Below, one piece after another: positions 21,777-33,826 of a DNA stretch of 64,000 nt (positions are counted from its first letter, which is position 1; the number at the start of each line of letters is the position of its first letter). Under the pieces are notes generated by a model. The model was not told the DNA's origin. It saw only the letters and a list, made by a program, of their open reading frames with translations, and ran no database searches. A program made the position numbers and the translations under genes. The DNA is from an uncultured Actinomycetota bacterium (GTDB taxonomy: Bacteria; Actinomycetota; Actinomycetes; Propionibacteriales; Propionibacteriaceae), in contig CAVSSB010000031.1 of the NCBI GenBank assembly GCA_963730505.1, positions 26,120 through 90,119 of the forward strand, written 5' to 3'.

Positions 21777-22535
21777 CTACCGGTCCTCGCTCCCGACCAC
21801 CTGAGCCCTTGATGAAGCAGCATCCCGATTTGCCAACGGCGAATCCTCCATTGGGGTCCTGCCCTTGGACAGCATCACGCCCATGACAGCCAGGGCAGCG
21901 ATCAGCAGCGGCCAGCCGAGGACGACCTTGGCCACTCCAAGCCAGACCACCTCGCCGGCGAGGAACAGTGGCATCTGAATGACAAATCGGGTGACATATG
22001 GCACCGCAAGCACCAGCGTCAGCTTCGAGGTCATCCTCACCAGCCCGCGGTCCTTTGCCCAACCAGTGGGATCGCCGACGGCCGCGCCGATAATGAAACC
22101 GACGAGCGGCCGACGGATGATCACCGTCAGGATCGAGAGCACGGCCAAAGCACCGTTGTAGATGATGCCAGGCAAAAAGACGTCCTGCGCTCGGCCGGTA
22201 CGTGTCGCAATGAGGACAGCAATAGCCGTCGGGATGACGGCTTGAGCGACGTATCTGAGCGATTGCCGCTGCAGCAGGCGGATCATTGCCAGCAGCAGCG
22301 CGGTACCAACCGCAGCGCCGATCGCTGGATAGAGCTGCCGGCCTGCGACCCAGGCAATGGTAAAAGCGACGAAGGGCAGCGCTGACTCGACCATGCCGCG
22401 GGTGCCACCCAAAGACTTGCCGAGCTGGTAGCGGACGAACTCCTCCACGTAACGGAACTGGGGTGGCTCTTCTGTCCCCGTCACCGATTGTGTGCGGTGC
22501 GAACCCGTCTTCGGCTCTGCTGGAAGCTCGGTCAT
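21777..22535 (-). CDS. DUF3159 membrane protein
   Basis: LGGTRGMVESALP, RPLVG, KVVLGWPL; conserved position next to trkA. Confidence 0.8.
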   Translation of the reverse strand: MTELPAEPKTGSHRTQSVTGTEEPPQFRYVEEFVRYQLGKSLGGTRGMVESALPFVAFTIAWVAGRQLYPAIGAAVGTALLLAMIRLLQRQSLRYVAQAVIPTAIAVLIATRTGRAQDVFLPGIIYNGALAVLSILTVIIRRPLVGFIIGAAVGDPTGWAKDRGLVRMTSKLTLVLAVPYVTRFVIQMPLFLAGEVVWLGVAKVVLGWPLLIAALAVMGVMLSKGRTPMEDSPLANRDAASSRAQVVGSEDR

Positions 22536-22560
22536 ACGCCAGGCACCGCGGCGGCGTTGA

Positions 22561-22941
22561 TCACGAGGCCGCCGGTGTCTGCATCAGCTCGTAGCGCGGG
22601 TTGTAAACCAACCGCCTTCCTTCGTGGCAACTGATCCGACCCCACACCTTGAGGGTCTGCCCGCAGTCGATTCCGGGAATCTGCCTTCGACCAAGCCACA
22701 CCAGAGTCACCGCTCCAGACCCGTCACGCAACTCGACCTCGAGCGCGGGGTGGCCGGCCCTGGGGTTGATCGTCACCGTCGAAACGGTACCGGTGAGCTG
22801 CACCCGCTGCCGGTCCTCACACTCCTGAATCGGTACCGAGCCCTCTTCACGGACGTTGCGTTGCAAATCCTCTGATTCAAGTTCGGCATTCGATGATGTG
22901 AACCGGCGCAGGGCTCGCTGCAGCATGTTCTCTTTGGCCAT
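22561..22941 (-). CDS. OB-fold nucleic-acid-binding protein
   Basis: LEVELRDGSG..LVWLGRRQIPGI..G...YNPRYEL. Confidence 0.82.
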   Translation of the reverse strand: MAKENMLQRALRRFTSSNAELESEDLQRNVREEGSVPIQECEDRQRVQLTGTVSTVTINPRAGHPALEVELRDGSGAVTLVWLGRRQIPGIDCGQTLKVWGRISCHEGRRLVYNPRYELMQTPAAS

Positions 22942-23022
22942 CGCGTGTCACCTCCGCCCCTCAAGCATCCCACCGCGGTCAATGATTTGTCTCTATGCGG
23001 CAGGCGGGACGCCGCTTCGACG

Positions 23023-23820
23023 TCAAGACTCCTCCGACTCCTCACTCACGTCGCTTGGCATAGTCAAAGGGAGCAGATCGCCAGGTGCCATGGCTTCGTC
23101 GCCGCGCCGCACGATCACCTGACGAAAGGCGTCGAGCACATCAGCGACCACAGGGGAGTCTGTGTCGTCCTCGATTGCGGCCTGACCGTAGACAATGCCC
23201 CGCAGCAGCCAGCGCGGACCCTCAGCAACCCACATACGCGATGGCTGATATCCCTCCTCGCCGTCGGGTGTGGTCACGGGTATCAGCCGCCTCAGCTCGA
23301 CGCCGAATGGTCCCTCGCCAAGTGAAGCAGTGCCGCCAGCCTCGGTGGCGCTGCGGGAGATCTCATCTCGCAACTCCGCCCACAGCCCGCCGCTGCGTGG
23401 AGCTGCGTACGCGCCGAGCTCAAGTGCGGATGAGTATGTCTGGCGTTCCTGATTGGCACTGGCGGGCGGTTCGACAATGGTCTCAATCACCAGCATCGCC
23501 GAGACGATTTCACCGGACTCCTCGGCGACCTGAAGGCGCAGTTCTGATCCTGGCACCGCGGTCAAGATCAGGCTGCCAAGATCGATCTTGGGGCTTTCTT
23601 CCGTACTCTCGATGCTGTCGACTTCGGTGATGTCGTAAGGTCCCGAGCCGCGCCAGTCGAGCTCCTCGAGAGCCGCCAGGTCCTCGCCCTCAACATCGGT
23701 TGCGGTCGGCTCCTCCGCTGCGGTTTCGTCAGACTCGTCTAGCTCGTCGACAGCGACATCCTCGGTGGAATCATCAACCGCGGCGTCACTGCCCCGCTTC
23801 CTACCCCTCTTGAAGATCAT
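23023..23820 (-). CDS. DUF3710 family protein
   Basis: [34 protein letters not shown]. Confidence 0.85.
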   Translation of the reverse strand: MIFKRGRKRGSDAAVDDSTEDVAVDELDESDETAAEEPTATDVEGEDLAALEELDWRGSGPYDITEVDSIESTEESPKIDLGSLILTAVPGSELRLQVAEESGEIVSAMLVIETIVEPPASANQERQTYSSALELGAYAAPRSGGLWAELRDEISRSATEAGGTASLGEGPFGVELRRLIPVTTPDGEEGYQPSRMWVAEGPRWLLRGIVYGQAAIEDDTDSPVVADVLDAFRQVIVRRGDEAMAPGDLLPLTMPSDVSEESEES

Positions 23821-24362
23821 GCGCGTTCCCTTGGCACACTCATGCTCTCCCCTCGCTGGGTGGCCCCTGGCCGGACGGCCCCTCGTTGGGCACTGCCCAG
23901 TATTCCGCCGGTCGACCCATACCCGCCAATCCCGCGCGAGGAGCTTGGCAGCTCCGCCACCGGAACGAATGCGGCCACACTAACTGGCTGAATGACCAGC
24001 TGAGCGATCCTGTCACCACGGGCAATGCTTACCGGTTGGTGGCGGTCGGTGTTGATCAGGCAAACCTTGATCTCACCGCGATAGCCCGCGTCCACAGTGC
24101 CTGGCGCATTCACGATGCTGATGCCGTGCCGGGCGGCGAGTCCGGACCGTGGGTGTACGAAGCCCGCGAAGCCAGCCGGCAACGAGATGGCGACGCCGGT
24201 ACCCACCAACCGGCGTTCTCCCGGCTGAAGCTCAAAGCTGTCCGTGCTGCGGAGATCAGCTCCCGCGTCGTCGGGGTGTGCATACGAGGGCGGTTCCAGG
24301 CCGGGATCGAGCTGAACGAGCAGCACCTCAACGGCAGTCATGGCTCGGTCTCGCTCACTCAC
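23817..24362 (-). CDS. dut: dUTP diphosphatase
   Basis: [36 protein letters not shown] (dUTPase motifs I-V). Confidence 0.96.
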   Translation of the reverse strand: MSERDRAMTAVEVLLVQLDPGLEPPSYAHPDDAGADLRSTDSFELQPGERRLVGTGVAISLPAGFAGFVHPRSGLAARHGISIVNAPGTVDAGYRGEIKVCLINTDRHQPVSIARGDRIAQLVIQPVSVAAFVPVAELPSSSRGIGGYGSTGGILGSAQRGAVRPGATQRGESMSVPRERA

Positions 24363-24814
24363 TCGGTCAGCGTAGACGAGGCGGCATCCTGCAGTGCGGC
24401 TGCCAGCCGTTGCGGGTGTCGGGTGGAGACCAACCAGTACGGCACCGGATCCTCTGGGTCGTCCAGGGTGATCTCGACGGTCGTCTTGATGTAGGGCCGA
24501 AGTACCAAGTGCGCCCGCGCATCGGCCTCGACACCAGTCCGGCGACGTGTCTCCTCAGCAGTCAGCGCGCGACACGTACCGATATAGGGGTGTTCGATGG
24601 TCGCCCGACCCACGCGTACGTCCTGCTCCTCGACACTGATCACGATCGCTGCTGAACCGAAGATCGCGGCCGCCACCAGTAACGTCGCAACGGAGGTTCC
24701 AAGGCCCCAAGCCGGGCCGAGATAGGCGCCCACCGCAACCAGGACCGAGAGGGAGAACAGACCCGCAAGCACCCACCAGATGATCGGTACGTTGAGTCGC
24801 TCGCGGAACAGCAT
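24359..24814 (-). CDS. DUF3093 family protein
   Basis: FRERL..P..WW, two TM segments, [16 protein letters not shown]. Confidence 0.85.
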   Translation of the reverse strand: MLFRERLNVPIIWWVLAGLFSLSVLVAVGAYLGPAWGLGTSVATLLVAAAIFGSAAIVISVEEQDVRVGRATIEHPYIGTCRALTAEETRRRTGVEADARAHLVLRPYIKTTVEITLDDPEDPVPYWLVSTRHPQRLAAALQDAASSTLTE

Positions 24815-24942
24815 GGAGGTAACTTACGCGCCCAGATCACAACATCATCGGTGCGCCGTCGACCTTCTCCAATACCGCACTAAGATGCGATCACGTAGCG
24901 GCGCTCCGCGCTGCTAACCGTCAGACATGGAAGGTTGATCCG

Positions 24943-25218
24943 ATGGCACCGACGCAAAAACTGCTCTGGAAGCTCTACGTCGGAGTGATCGGCGCAGTTA
25001 CCACCATCGCGGCGCAGCGCCTGCTCAAGGCCGGCTGGAAGCTCGTCACAGGCGATGAACCACCATCGCCAACCGACCCCGACACTCCTGTGATCACAGC
25101 GATGAGCTGGGCGCTGGCAAGCGGCGTTGGCATAGGTGTCACGCAGATTCTCACCCAGCGCATGGCCGCGCGGCACTGGCAGAAGGACATCGGCAACGAA
25201 AACCCGAACGCCAGTTAG
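24943..25218 (+). CDS. DUF4235 small membrane protein
   Basis: W..VTGDEPPSP.DP....A.SWA.ASG pattern. Confidence 0.75.
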   Translation: MAPTQKLLWKLYVGVIGAVTTIAAQRLLKAGWKLVTGDEPPSPTDPDTPVITAMSWALASGVGIGVTQILTQRMAARHWQKDIGNENPNAS

Positions 25219-25494
25219 TTCAGTAGCTGAGTCGAAGCACCACCTCGCGGACCCTCTCGGGTGCGCGAGGTGGTGTTCTGTCCGGACTGACTGCCCCCAA
25301 CCAGCCCGGTACATCGACTGCACCTAGCTGTGGTCGCGCCCCCCGTTGGCACAGCAGCGGCGGCATCCGAGCTGTCACCACTCGCACACGCGTTCAGTAG
25401 CACAAGCCTAAGTGATCATGCAGGCCTCAGCCCAGCCCATTCGCGCACTCAAATCGTGGGATCGCCCGATCCAGGCTCGGTTCCATCGTCAAGA

Positions 25495-25797
25495 TCAGCC
25501 CGCGCAGTCGAAGCAGTATGCGTCCCCATTGGGACGGAGCTCGGCGACCTGGCTGCGATGTCGTACCAGGAAGCAGCCAGCGCAGGTGAACTCATCAGAC
25601 TGGCGAGGCAGCACCCGAACGGTTAGCTCCTCGTGAGAGAGGTCCGCGCCCGGAAGCTCGAACGCTTCCGCCGCCTCGGCCTCGTCTTCGTCGACCTTCC
25701 CAGAGTTCTTATCGTTACGGCGAGTCTTGAGCTCTTCGATGCTGTCTTCATTCAGTTCTTCGTCGGTCTTGCGAGGGGCGTCGTAATCGGTCGCCAT
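25495..25797 (-). CDS. DUF4193 family protein
   Basis: MATDYDAPRK, ELPGADLS, EFTC.GCFLV.H.SQ...C.DC. Confidence 0.9.
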   Translation of the reverse strand: MATDYDAPRKTDEELNEDSIEELKTRRNDKNSGKVDEDEAEAAEAFELPGADLSHEELTVRVLPRQSDEFTCAGCFLVRHRSQVAELRPNGDAYCFDCAG

Positions 25798-26011
25798 CTT
25801 TGCCTTCCCGGGCCCGAAAAGCCCAGATCTTCGTCTGACTCGTGCGCAGTCATATCACACGAATCAACCGTTTGCGCGCTATGTCTGCTCGCGCCCGCTA
25901 TAACGCGAGGACGTGTCGAAAATTCCCACTTCAGAGGGGTTCTCTGCACCATCTTGCGGTAGCTCTTTCCGCCACCCCGAGACGCTGCACAACGAGGCTC
26001 TCTACGAGGGT

Positions 26012-27151
26012 CTAGCCGGCGATCTGGAACAGCGCTGGACGGCCGGGTTCCCGCAGGTTCGGACAGCAGTCCGCCTGGCACTCATACCATCCGACAGCCG
26101 CCGATCCCAGCACTGGACGCGCCGGCTCCTCCCCGCGGGCTACCGCGGCGCGCTCCACCATGAGATCAACCAGCCCACTGACGAAGGCCGGATGATCGCC
26201 GGCAGTGCCTGCTCGCGCGAAGGCCATGCCACCTTCCTCGGCGGTGGCTGCTGCCTCGGTATCCAGATCGAAGATCACTTCCATGTGGTCGGACACGAAG
26301 CCGATCGGCACCACGACCACGGCCGGAACGCCACTGCCCGCGAGCTGACGCAGGTGGTCGTTGATGTCTGGCTCCAACCATGGCTGACTGGGCGGACCGG
26401 AGCGCGAGCAGTAAACGAGGTCATGGTCGGAGCTCCGGGCGCGTTGCTGAGCCACCCGATGCGCAACTTCGGAAGCCACCGCTGCATGCCAGTCGACGTA
26501 GGCGCCGCGGCCGCTGCGCGGCGCCGGCCCGGCGGTCTCCGCCATAGCGGTTGGGACGGAATGGGTGACAAAGACCAAGCGGGCCTCGTCGGCGCGTTCA
26601 CCGAGCGTGTCGAGTGCCTTGAGTGAGGCGTCCACCGAGGCTTGAACGAAACCCGGGTGGTTGGCATAGTGGCGGATCCGGTCGATCTGTACCTGGGTGC
26701 CTTGCGCGGCGTCGAACAGGTTTTCCCGGTACTGCCGGCAGGAGGAGTACGACGGATATGCGCTGGTGACCACGGCTAGCACCCGGCGGTGACTATCTCG
26801 TTCGATCGCACGGAGCTCGGTGTCAAGGTAGGGCGTCCAGTTCCGGTTCCCCCAGTAGAGCGGCGGCTGCATGCCACGGCGGCGTAATTCGTTCGTCAGG
26901 GCCGCGAGCAGCCTGCGACACTGATCGTTGATCGGGCTCCTGCCGCCGAGCAGCAGGTAATGTCGGCCGACCTCGGCCAGTCGTTCGGCGGGAATGCCCC
27001 GACCACGGGTGACGTTCTCCAGGAACGGCATCACATCCTCGGGGCGCTCAGGGCCGCCGAAGGACACCAGCAGGACTGCCTCATACGGCGCAAGTGCATT
27101 GCCTGGCTGCCTGGTCGGTGCCGGAAGAGAAGTTGCGGAGTGATCACCCAC
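26012..27151 (-). CDS. hemH: Ferrochelatase (coproporphyrin ferrochelatase)
   Basis: LLVSFGGPE, GGRSPIN, YWGNRNW, HSVP, WLEPDI, PIGFVSDHMEV. Confidence 0.95.
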   Translation of the reverse strand: MGDHSATSLPAPTRQPGNALAPYEAVLLVSFGGPERPEDVMPFLENVTRGRGIPAERLAEVGRHYLLLGGRSPINDQCRRLLAALTNELRRRGMQPPLYWGNRNWTPYLDTELRAIERDSHRRVLAVVTSAYPSYSSCRQYRENLFDAAQGTQVQIDRIRHYANHPGFVQASVDASLKALDTLGERADEARLVFVTHSVPTAMAETAGPAPRSGRGAYVDWHAAVASEVAHRVAQQRARSSDHDLVYCSRSGPPSQPWLEPDINDHLRQLAGSGVPAVVVVPIGFVSDHMEVIFDLDTEAAATAEEGGMAFARAGTAGDHPAFVSGLVDLMVERAAVARGEEPARPVLGSAAVGWYECQADCCPNLREPGRPALFQIAG

Positions 27152-27183
27152 AGGCGTGATCTTTGCGTATAGGGAGGAGAGTC

Positions 27184-28470
27184 ATGGCCGCGGGGCTCCG
27201 CACGTACCAGCAGGTGCTCTCGGATCGTCGCGCGGTAGCCTTCAGCCTCGCCGGCTTTGTGGCAAGGCTGCCGATGTCTATGACGGGCATCGGGATCGTT
27301 CTACTGGTGTCGCTGACCACGGGCTCCTTCGCCCTGGCCGGATTGCTCACTGCCGCCGCTACGCTGGCTGCCGCTGTCGTTGCTCCGCTCTGGGGCCGGG
27401 CAACTGACCGCGTGGGCCAGGCTCGGGTCTTGCGACTCACGGTCCTGATCAACGTGCTCAGCGTCGCACTCCTCGTCACGGCGATAGAGCTGGCTTGGCC
27501 GTTGGCTGTGAGCCTCGTCGCAGCTATCGGCGTCGGGATTGGTTTCAGCCTGGCTGGATCCGCCGTACGCGCGCGTTGGACCCTCCGACTGAACGGTTCC
27601 CCGTTGCTGCACACCGCGTTCGCACTCGAGGCCATGCTGGACGAAGTGGTCTTCATCATCGGTCCAGTGCTGGTCACCTTTCTCGCCACGGCTATCCATC
27701 CGGCGCTCGGAGTCAGCGTTAGCGCCGTCATAGGGCTCATTGGTGCCATTGCCCTCGCTGCCCAGCGCAGCAGCCAGCCGCCGATCCGATTGACGCCACA
27801 CGGGCATCAGGAATCGAGTCGGTTGCCGTGGCGGGTCCTGGTGCCGGTGGCCATCGCGTCAGGTGCCCTTGGCATGGTGTTTGGGGGCATGGAGCTTAAC
27901 GTCGTCGCGTTTGCGAAAGAGGCGGGCGTGCTTCCGTACGCTGGCCTGATCTTGGTCGCGTGGTCGTTCGGATCGCTGGTCGCCGGGGCCGTGACCGGGG
28001 CAATCATGTGGCGAACGTCTCCCGCTCGACGCTTCCGAGTTGGGGCGATCATGCTCACGCTGTCCCTGCTGCCGCTCCCGTTCGTCAGCCATCCGGTGGG
28101 CGTTGCCCTGCTGCTGATCCTCAGCGGCATGGCCATTGCACCAACCCTGATCGCATCGGTTGGGGTGATCCAGTCGGCGGTCGATCAGAGCCGGCTGACC
28201 GAGGCACTTGCGTGGAACTCGACTGGCATGGTCGCCGGTGTAGCCGCCGGTGCAGCAGCTGTTGGCTACGTGATCGACAGCTCAGGCGCACAGGCCGGCT
28301 TCGTCGCTGTTGCTATCGCCGGGCTGCTTCTGACGATCAGCGCACTGTTCGTTCGCGGGCCGCGCCTTAGCTCAGATGCCGATCAGATGCGCGCCGCAGC
28401 TCTTGATCCAGACTCGACAGGTACGACCGCAGCTGAGTCATCGCGTCCGCCGGTCGGAACCCGGAACTGA
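27184..28470 (+). CDS. MFS transporter
   Basis: About 12 hydrophobic segments, GR.TDRVG motif A; tail overlaps rmlCD antisense by 104 nt. Confidence 0.88.
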   Translation: MAAGLRTYQQVLSDRRAVAFSLAGFVARLPMSMTGIGIVLLVSLTTGSFALAGLLTAAATLAAAVVAPLWGRATDRVGQARVLRLTVLINVLSVALLVTAIELAWPLAVSLVAAIGVGIGFSLAGSAVRARWTLRLNGSPLLHTAFALEAMLDEVVFIIGPVLVTFLATAIHPALGVSVSAVIGLIGAIALAAQRSSQPPIRLTPHGHQESSRLPWRVLVPVAIASGALGMVFGGMELNVVAFAKEAGVLPYAGLILVAWSFGSLVAGAVTGAIMWRTSPARRFRVGAIMLTLSLLPLPFVSHPVGVALLLILSGMAIAPTLIASVGVIQSAVDQSRLTEALAWNSTGMVAGVAAGAAAVGYVIDSSGAQAGFVAVAIAGLLLTISALFVRGPRLSSDADQMRAAALDPDSTGTTAAESSRPPVGTRN

Positions 28471-29794
28471 TGATCTTGTCCAGACTCAGCAGACTGTGCC
28501 TCGGCCGGGGAGCAAGTGATTTGCCCGCGCCATACTCAGCGGTGGTCACACTTTTCACTGAGGCCGCGTCACGGCCGCGGGCCGCGAAGACCGCCCGAGC
28601 AATGTCGGCCCAGGTCATCGGCTCGCCGTCGTTGCTGAGGTTGTAGGTTCCATAGGGCGCCTTCGCCTGCAGCAGATGAAGGATCGCGCGGCTGATCTCG
28701 GCGGTAAAGGTGAGCCGGCCGAACTGATCGTCCACGACCTCCGGATTAACGCCGCGGTCTGCCAGCGCCGCCATCGTGCGCACGAAGTTGTGGCCTTCGC
28801 CGATCACCCAGCTGGTCCTCAGCAGGTAGTGCGCGGGTAGAGATCCGACCAATGCGTCACCGGCTGCCTTGGTTTGCCCGTAGACGCCGAGCGGGGAGAA
28901 CGGTTCAGTCTCGGTATGAGGCGTCCGGGTGCCGTCGAAGACATAGTCGGAGGAAATGTGCACCAGGGTGAAGCGGTGCTTGCGCGCCGCCTCAGCCAGG
29001 GCGGCAACACCACCGACGTTGACTGCCCATGCTTCGCGCCGGCCATCCTCGGTCTCAGCAGCGTCGACCTTCGTATATGCAGCCGCGTTGATCACGATGC
29101 CGTACGACCTAAAGTCAAAGCCTGCAACCGATTCCGGGCTCGCCAGATCCAGTGTTGCGCGACCAATGGGGACCGCTGCAGGGATGGCTTTGATCAATGC
29201 GCGCCCCAGCTGGCCACCGGCCCCGATGATCAAGGTCTGCTTCGGTTCCATTGGTTTCACGTCGGCCAGTCGCGGATGCGTTTTGTCTGCCTCGGACAGC
29301 TCCGCCCGCTCAAGCGGGATCGGCCAGTCGATGGCCAGCGTCTCGTCGGCAAGATTGACGAAGGTATAGGACTCCCTCGCTGCCGAACTCCAGTGATCAT
29401 TAACCAGATAGGAATACGCAGTCTGTTCGGTCAAGGTCTGGAAGGCGTTCCCGACCCCGCGTGGCACAAAGACGGCGGTCTCCGGCCCCATCTCTGTCGT
29501 GAAGCATCGCCCGAAGCCATCTCCTCTGCGGAGGTCAACCCAGGCACTGAAGATCCGCCCGGTTGCCAGTGACACGAGCTTGTCCCAAGGCTCGGCATGG
29601 ATGCCGCGTGTCGCGCCGACTTTGTTGTTGAACGACATGTTGTTCTGCACCGGGGCGAAATCAGGCAAGCCAAGATCGACCATCTTCTCCCGTTGCCAGT
29701 TCTCCTTGAACCAGCCGCGGTTGTCGCCGCGGATATCCAGGGAAATGACCAGCAGACCGGGGATGGGAGTCTGCTTGATCGCTAGCTCGGGCAT
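28367..29794 (-). CDS. rmlCD: Fused dTDP-4-dehydrorhamnose 3,5-epimerase / reductase (RmlC-RmlD)
   Basis: N-terminal DNRGWFKE, RGIHAEPW cupin; C-terminal GAGGQLG, NAAAYTKVD, ISSDYVFDG, YGQTK. Confidence 0.93.
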   Translation of the reverse strand: MPELAIKQTPIPGLLVISLDIRGDNRGWFKENWQREKMVDLGLPDFAPVQNNMSFNNKVGATRGIHAEPWDKLVSLATGRIFSAWVDLRRGDGFGRCFTTEMGPETAVFVPRGVGNAFQTLTEQTAYSYLVNDHWSSAARESYTFVNLADETLAIDWPIPLERAELSEADKTHPRLADVKPMEPKQTLIIGAGGQLGRALIKAIPAAVPIGRATLDLASPESVAGFDFRSYGIVINAAAYTKVDAAETEDGRREAWAVNVGGVAALAEAARKHRFTLVHISSDYVFDGTRTPHTETEPFSPLGVYGQTKAAGDALVGSLPAHYLLRTSWVIGEGHNFVRTMAALADRGVNPEVVDDQFGRLTFTAEISRAILHLLQAKAPYGTYNLSNDGEPMTWADIARAVFAARGRDAASVKSVTTAEYGAGKSLAPRPRHSLLSLDKIISSGFRPADAMTQLRSYLSSLDQELRRASDRHLS

Positions 29795-29800
29795 GCCCCG

Positions 29801-30856
<1,056 letters not shown>

Positions 30857-30865
30857 CTAAGCGCC

Positions 30866-31759
30866 ATGCGAGGCATCATCCTGGCCGGCGGCTCCGGTAC
30901 CCGACTGCATCCGGTGACGCTCGGGGTGAGCAAGCAGTTGGTTCCGGTTTATGACAAACCGATGATCTACTACCCCTTGTCGACGTTGATCTTCGCCGGG
31001 ATCCGCGACGTGTTGGTGATCACCACGCCCCACGACGCATCTGCTTTCTGGCGGCTGTTGGGTGACGGCTCGCAGTTCGGCATCTCGATCAGCTATGCCC
31101 AGCAGCCCTCGCCCGACGGGCTGGCCCAAGCCTTCGTCATTGGCGCTGACTTCATCGGTTCCGAGAAGGTGGCCCTGGTGTTGGGCGACAACATCTTCTA
31201 TGGACTGGGCCTCGGCACTCAGTTGCGACGCTTTACCGACGTTGACGGCGGGGCGGTTTTTGCTTACTGGGTAGCCGAGCCTCGGGCGTACGGCGTTGTT
31301 GAATTCGATGCCGGGGGTCGGGCCATCTCACTCGAGGAGAAGCCCGCTCATCCGAAATCCAACTACGCCGTTCCCGGCCTCTACTTCTACGACAACGACG
31401 TGGTTGGCATCGCCGCGCAACTCCAGCCGTCGGCTCGTGGAGAGTACGAGATTACCGACGTAAACCGGCATTACCTCGAGGCCGGAAAGCTCCAAGTGGG
31501 TGTCCTCCCACGCGGCACCGCCTGGCTCGACACCGGGACCTTCGATTCGATGAACGACGCCAGCAACTTCGTACGCACCATCGAAGCTCGGCAGGGCCTC
31601 AAGGTAGGTGCCCCTGAGGAGGCGGCCTGGCGGCAGGGTTTTCTGAGCGACGAGGAACTGGAGCAGCGGGCTAACGCGTTACTGAAGTCTGGCTATGGGA
31701 AATACCTCGCCGACATCTTGCAGCGCCAGCGGCAGACTGCCCTGAACGTCGTGCGCTGA
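30866..31759 (+). CDS. rmlA: Glucose-1-phosphate thymidylyltransferase
   Basis: [42 protein letters not shown]. Confidence 0.97.
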   Translation: MRGIILAGGSGTRLHPVTLGVSKQLVPVYDKPMIYYPLSTLIFAGIRDVLVITTPHDASAFWRLLGDGSQFGISISYAQQPSPDGLAQAFVIGADFIGSEKVALVLGDNIFYGLGLGTQLRRFTDVDGGAVFAYWVAEPRAYGVVEFDAGGRAISLEEKPAHPKSNYAVPGLYFYDNDVVGIAAQLQPSARGEYEITDVNRHYLEAGKLQVGVLPRGTAWLDTGTFDSMNDASNFVRTIEARQGLKVGAPEEAAWRQGFLSDEELEQRANALLKSGYGKYLADILQRQRQTALNVVR

Positions 31760-31807
31760 GCAGCACCAGCTTGACGATCTCGACCTTGAGAGCCCCAGTT
31801 ATCAGGT

Positions 31808-33820
31808 TCAGCGGCGGCCGCGACGCGCCTGCAAGTAGTCGGCGACCACGTATTCACCGAGCCGGCTGATATCGGGGGTGAAGACCCGACCGCCTGCGCG
31901 GCGGGCGAGCGCGTCGACAAAGCGAGCCAGGCCTTCGTCATCCCCGAGCATGAAGGTGTTGATCGTCGCGCCGCGACGGGCGAGCTCGTCTACCTCGGCA
32001 ATGGTGGCCCGCAGCGTCTCTGACGTCGGAGGCCAGTGAAAGTACGCCTCTCCCCCACCGGTCAGGTGTGCAGTCGGCTCGCCGTCGGTGATCACGAGCA
32101 CAACCGCCTCCGCCTCGGGATGGCGACGCAGGTGCCGCGAGGCGAGCAGCAGCGCATGCTGCAGATTCGTGCCTTGTATCCAGTCCGGCTCCACCTCTGC
32201 GAGCTGGACCGGCGTCATGCGACGGGCAAGCCTGTTGAAGCCGATGACCTGAAGCGCGTCCTGTCGGAATCGGGTTTCCATGAGGTGATTGAGCGCCAGC
32301 GCCGTTTGCTTCATCGGGCCCCAGCGTCCGTCGTGCACCATCGAGAACGAGAGATCGACGCAGAGCGCCACCGCCGCGCTGATCCGGCGCTCGGTCTCGA
32401 TGACCTCGAAATCATCGACAGCCAAAGCAACGCCGGTGGAAGTTAGCCCCGATCGGCGCAGGGCGTTGGACACCGTACGCGGTGCGTCGATCGGCAGCTC
32501 ATCGCCAAAAGCCCAGGGCCGGGTCAGTCCGGTCGGCTCGTCGGCGGCCCCGGTCTGGTGGTCGTCATGATCGCCACGGCCTGACCCGTCGAGCTGAGCG
32601 AATACCCGCCGCAGGGCGGTCTGCCCTAGTCGCCGAACTGCACGCGGGGTCAACCGCAGACCGTCGTCGCCTCGGGTCAGGTAGCCCTGCTCCTCCAGCT
32701 CTCGTTCAAGATCACGGAGGGCTTGCAGATCGCTCAAAGCTTCACGACCGAGATGCTTTTCCAGCAGCTCGACATCCACCTCGTCCAGCGTGGAGGTCCG
32801 GTCCCCCTGAGACAGCTGCGCCTCCAGTGCCTCCAGATCAGCCAGGTCGGCAACGGCCTCGACTGCGGCACTGTAGCCGAGCTGCTCACCGCCGGGGCGC
32901 ATGTTCGCAGCCTGCTCCCGGTCGAGGCCGGGACGCAACGCCCGGAGGTTGTCCGCCAGCTGCGCCATTTCCGAAGCAAGATCGGCGTCAGCGAGTGCAT
33001 GGCTCAGCAGTTGGCCGAGCTGTTCCCGCTGCCCGGGGCTGAGCGATGCCATCAGCTTCCTGCCAGCGGCCTCACGGCGCGCCAGCGCATCGATCAGCTC
33101 CTCGATCGTCTCCGGCTGCTCTGGGAAGAACTCGCCGTGACGCTCCATGAAGTCGGCGAACTGATCCGTCGTATCTTCCTGCCGTGCATGTGCGGCAAGC
33201 AGCGCATTGAGATCGGCCAACATGTCCTTCACCCGCTGCATGACCTCAGAGTCGGGTGATTCCAAAGCTTGCTTGATACCGGCGAACTGGGCGTCCAGCA
33301 CCTCACGTTGCAGCATGTTTTTGATCGCCTCAAAGATGGCGCGGGCGTCTTCGGATCGCCACGAGTAGTGGTCAAGGGCGCGGACCTGGCCGGCAACGTC
33401 GTCGGGCAGCGTTTCCAGCTCCAGCTCAGCCAGTCGCGCATCGTCGGTGTCGCTGCCGGCCAAGGCTTCTCGCTCGGTCGCGAGCGCCTGGTCAAGCGCG
33501 GCTCTGACCTGATCGAGAGTCCCGCCGAGATCGCCGCGGCGTCGAGTCTGCGCACGCAGCCTTCTGATCTTGTCGACCAAGCGATCGAGCCCGCCACGAC
33601 CGTCCACCCCACGGCGCATCAGGTCTCGCAGGGAGTCCCGCACGGTCCCCGCAGAGAGCACGTCCTGGCCGATCTTGTCGATAGCCGCCCGCACGTCGAA
33701 GGGTGGTCTCAGCGGGTCTGGCCCGCCGCGCCATGGTCCGTAGCGGAAACGGTGGTGGGCCCTGCCCGGCTCTTGATCGCCGTCGTGATCGCGCCCGCCG
33801 TCATCGGAAACCATGATCAC
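31808..33820 (-). CDS. VWA (MIDAS) domain protein, AAA+ ATPase partner
   Basis: ALCVDLSFSM, GTNLQ, ITDGEP at the C-terminus. Confidence 0.85.
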   Translation of the reverse strand: MIMVSDDGGRDHDGDQEPGRAHHRFRYGPWRGGPDPLRPPFDVRAAIDKIGQDVLSAGTVRDSLRDLMRRGVDGRGGLDRLVDKIRRLRAQTRRRGDLGGTLDQVRAALDQALATEREALAGSDTDDARLAELELETLPDDVAGQVRALDHYSWRSEDARAIFEAIKNMLQREVLDAQFAGIKQALESPDSEVMQRVKDMLADLNALLAAHARQEDTTDQFADFMERHGEFFPEQPETIEELIDALARREAAGRKLMASLSPGQREQLGQLLSHALADADLASEMAQLADNLRALRPGLDREQAANMRPGGEQLGYSAAVEAVADLADLEALEAQLSQGDRTSTLDEVDVELLEKHLGREALSDLQALRDLERELEEQGYLTRGDDGLRLTPRAVRRLGQTALRRVFAQLDGSGRGDHDDHQTGAADEPTGLTRPWAFGDELPIDAPRTVSNALRRSGLTSTGVALAVDDFEVIETERRISAAVALCVDLSFSMVHDGRWGPMKQTALALNHLMETRFRQDALQVIGFNRLARRMTPVQLAEVEPDWIQGTNLQHALLLASRHLRRHPEAEAVVLVITDGEPTAHLTGGGEAYFHWPPTSETLRATIAEVDELARRGATINTFMLGDDEGLARFVDALARRAGGRVFTPDISRLGEYVVADYLQARRGRR

Positions 33821-33826
33821 TCCTTG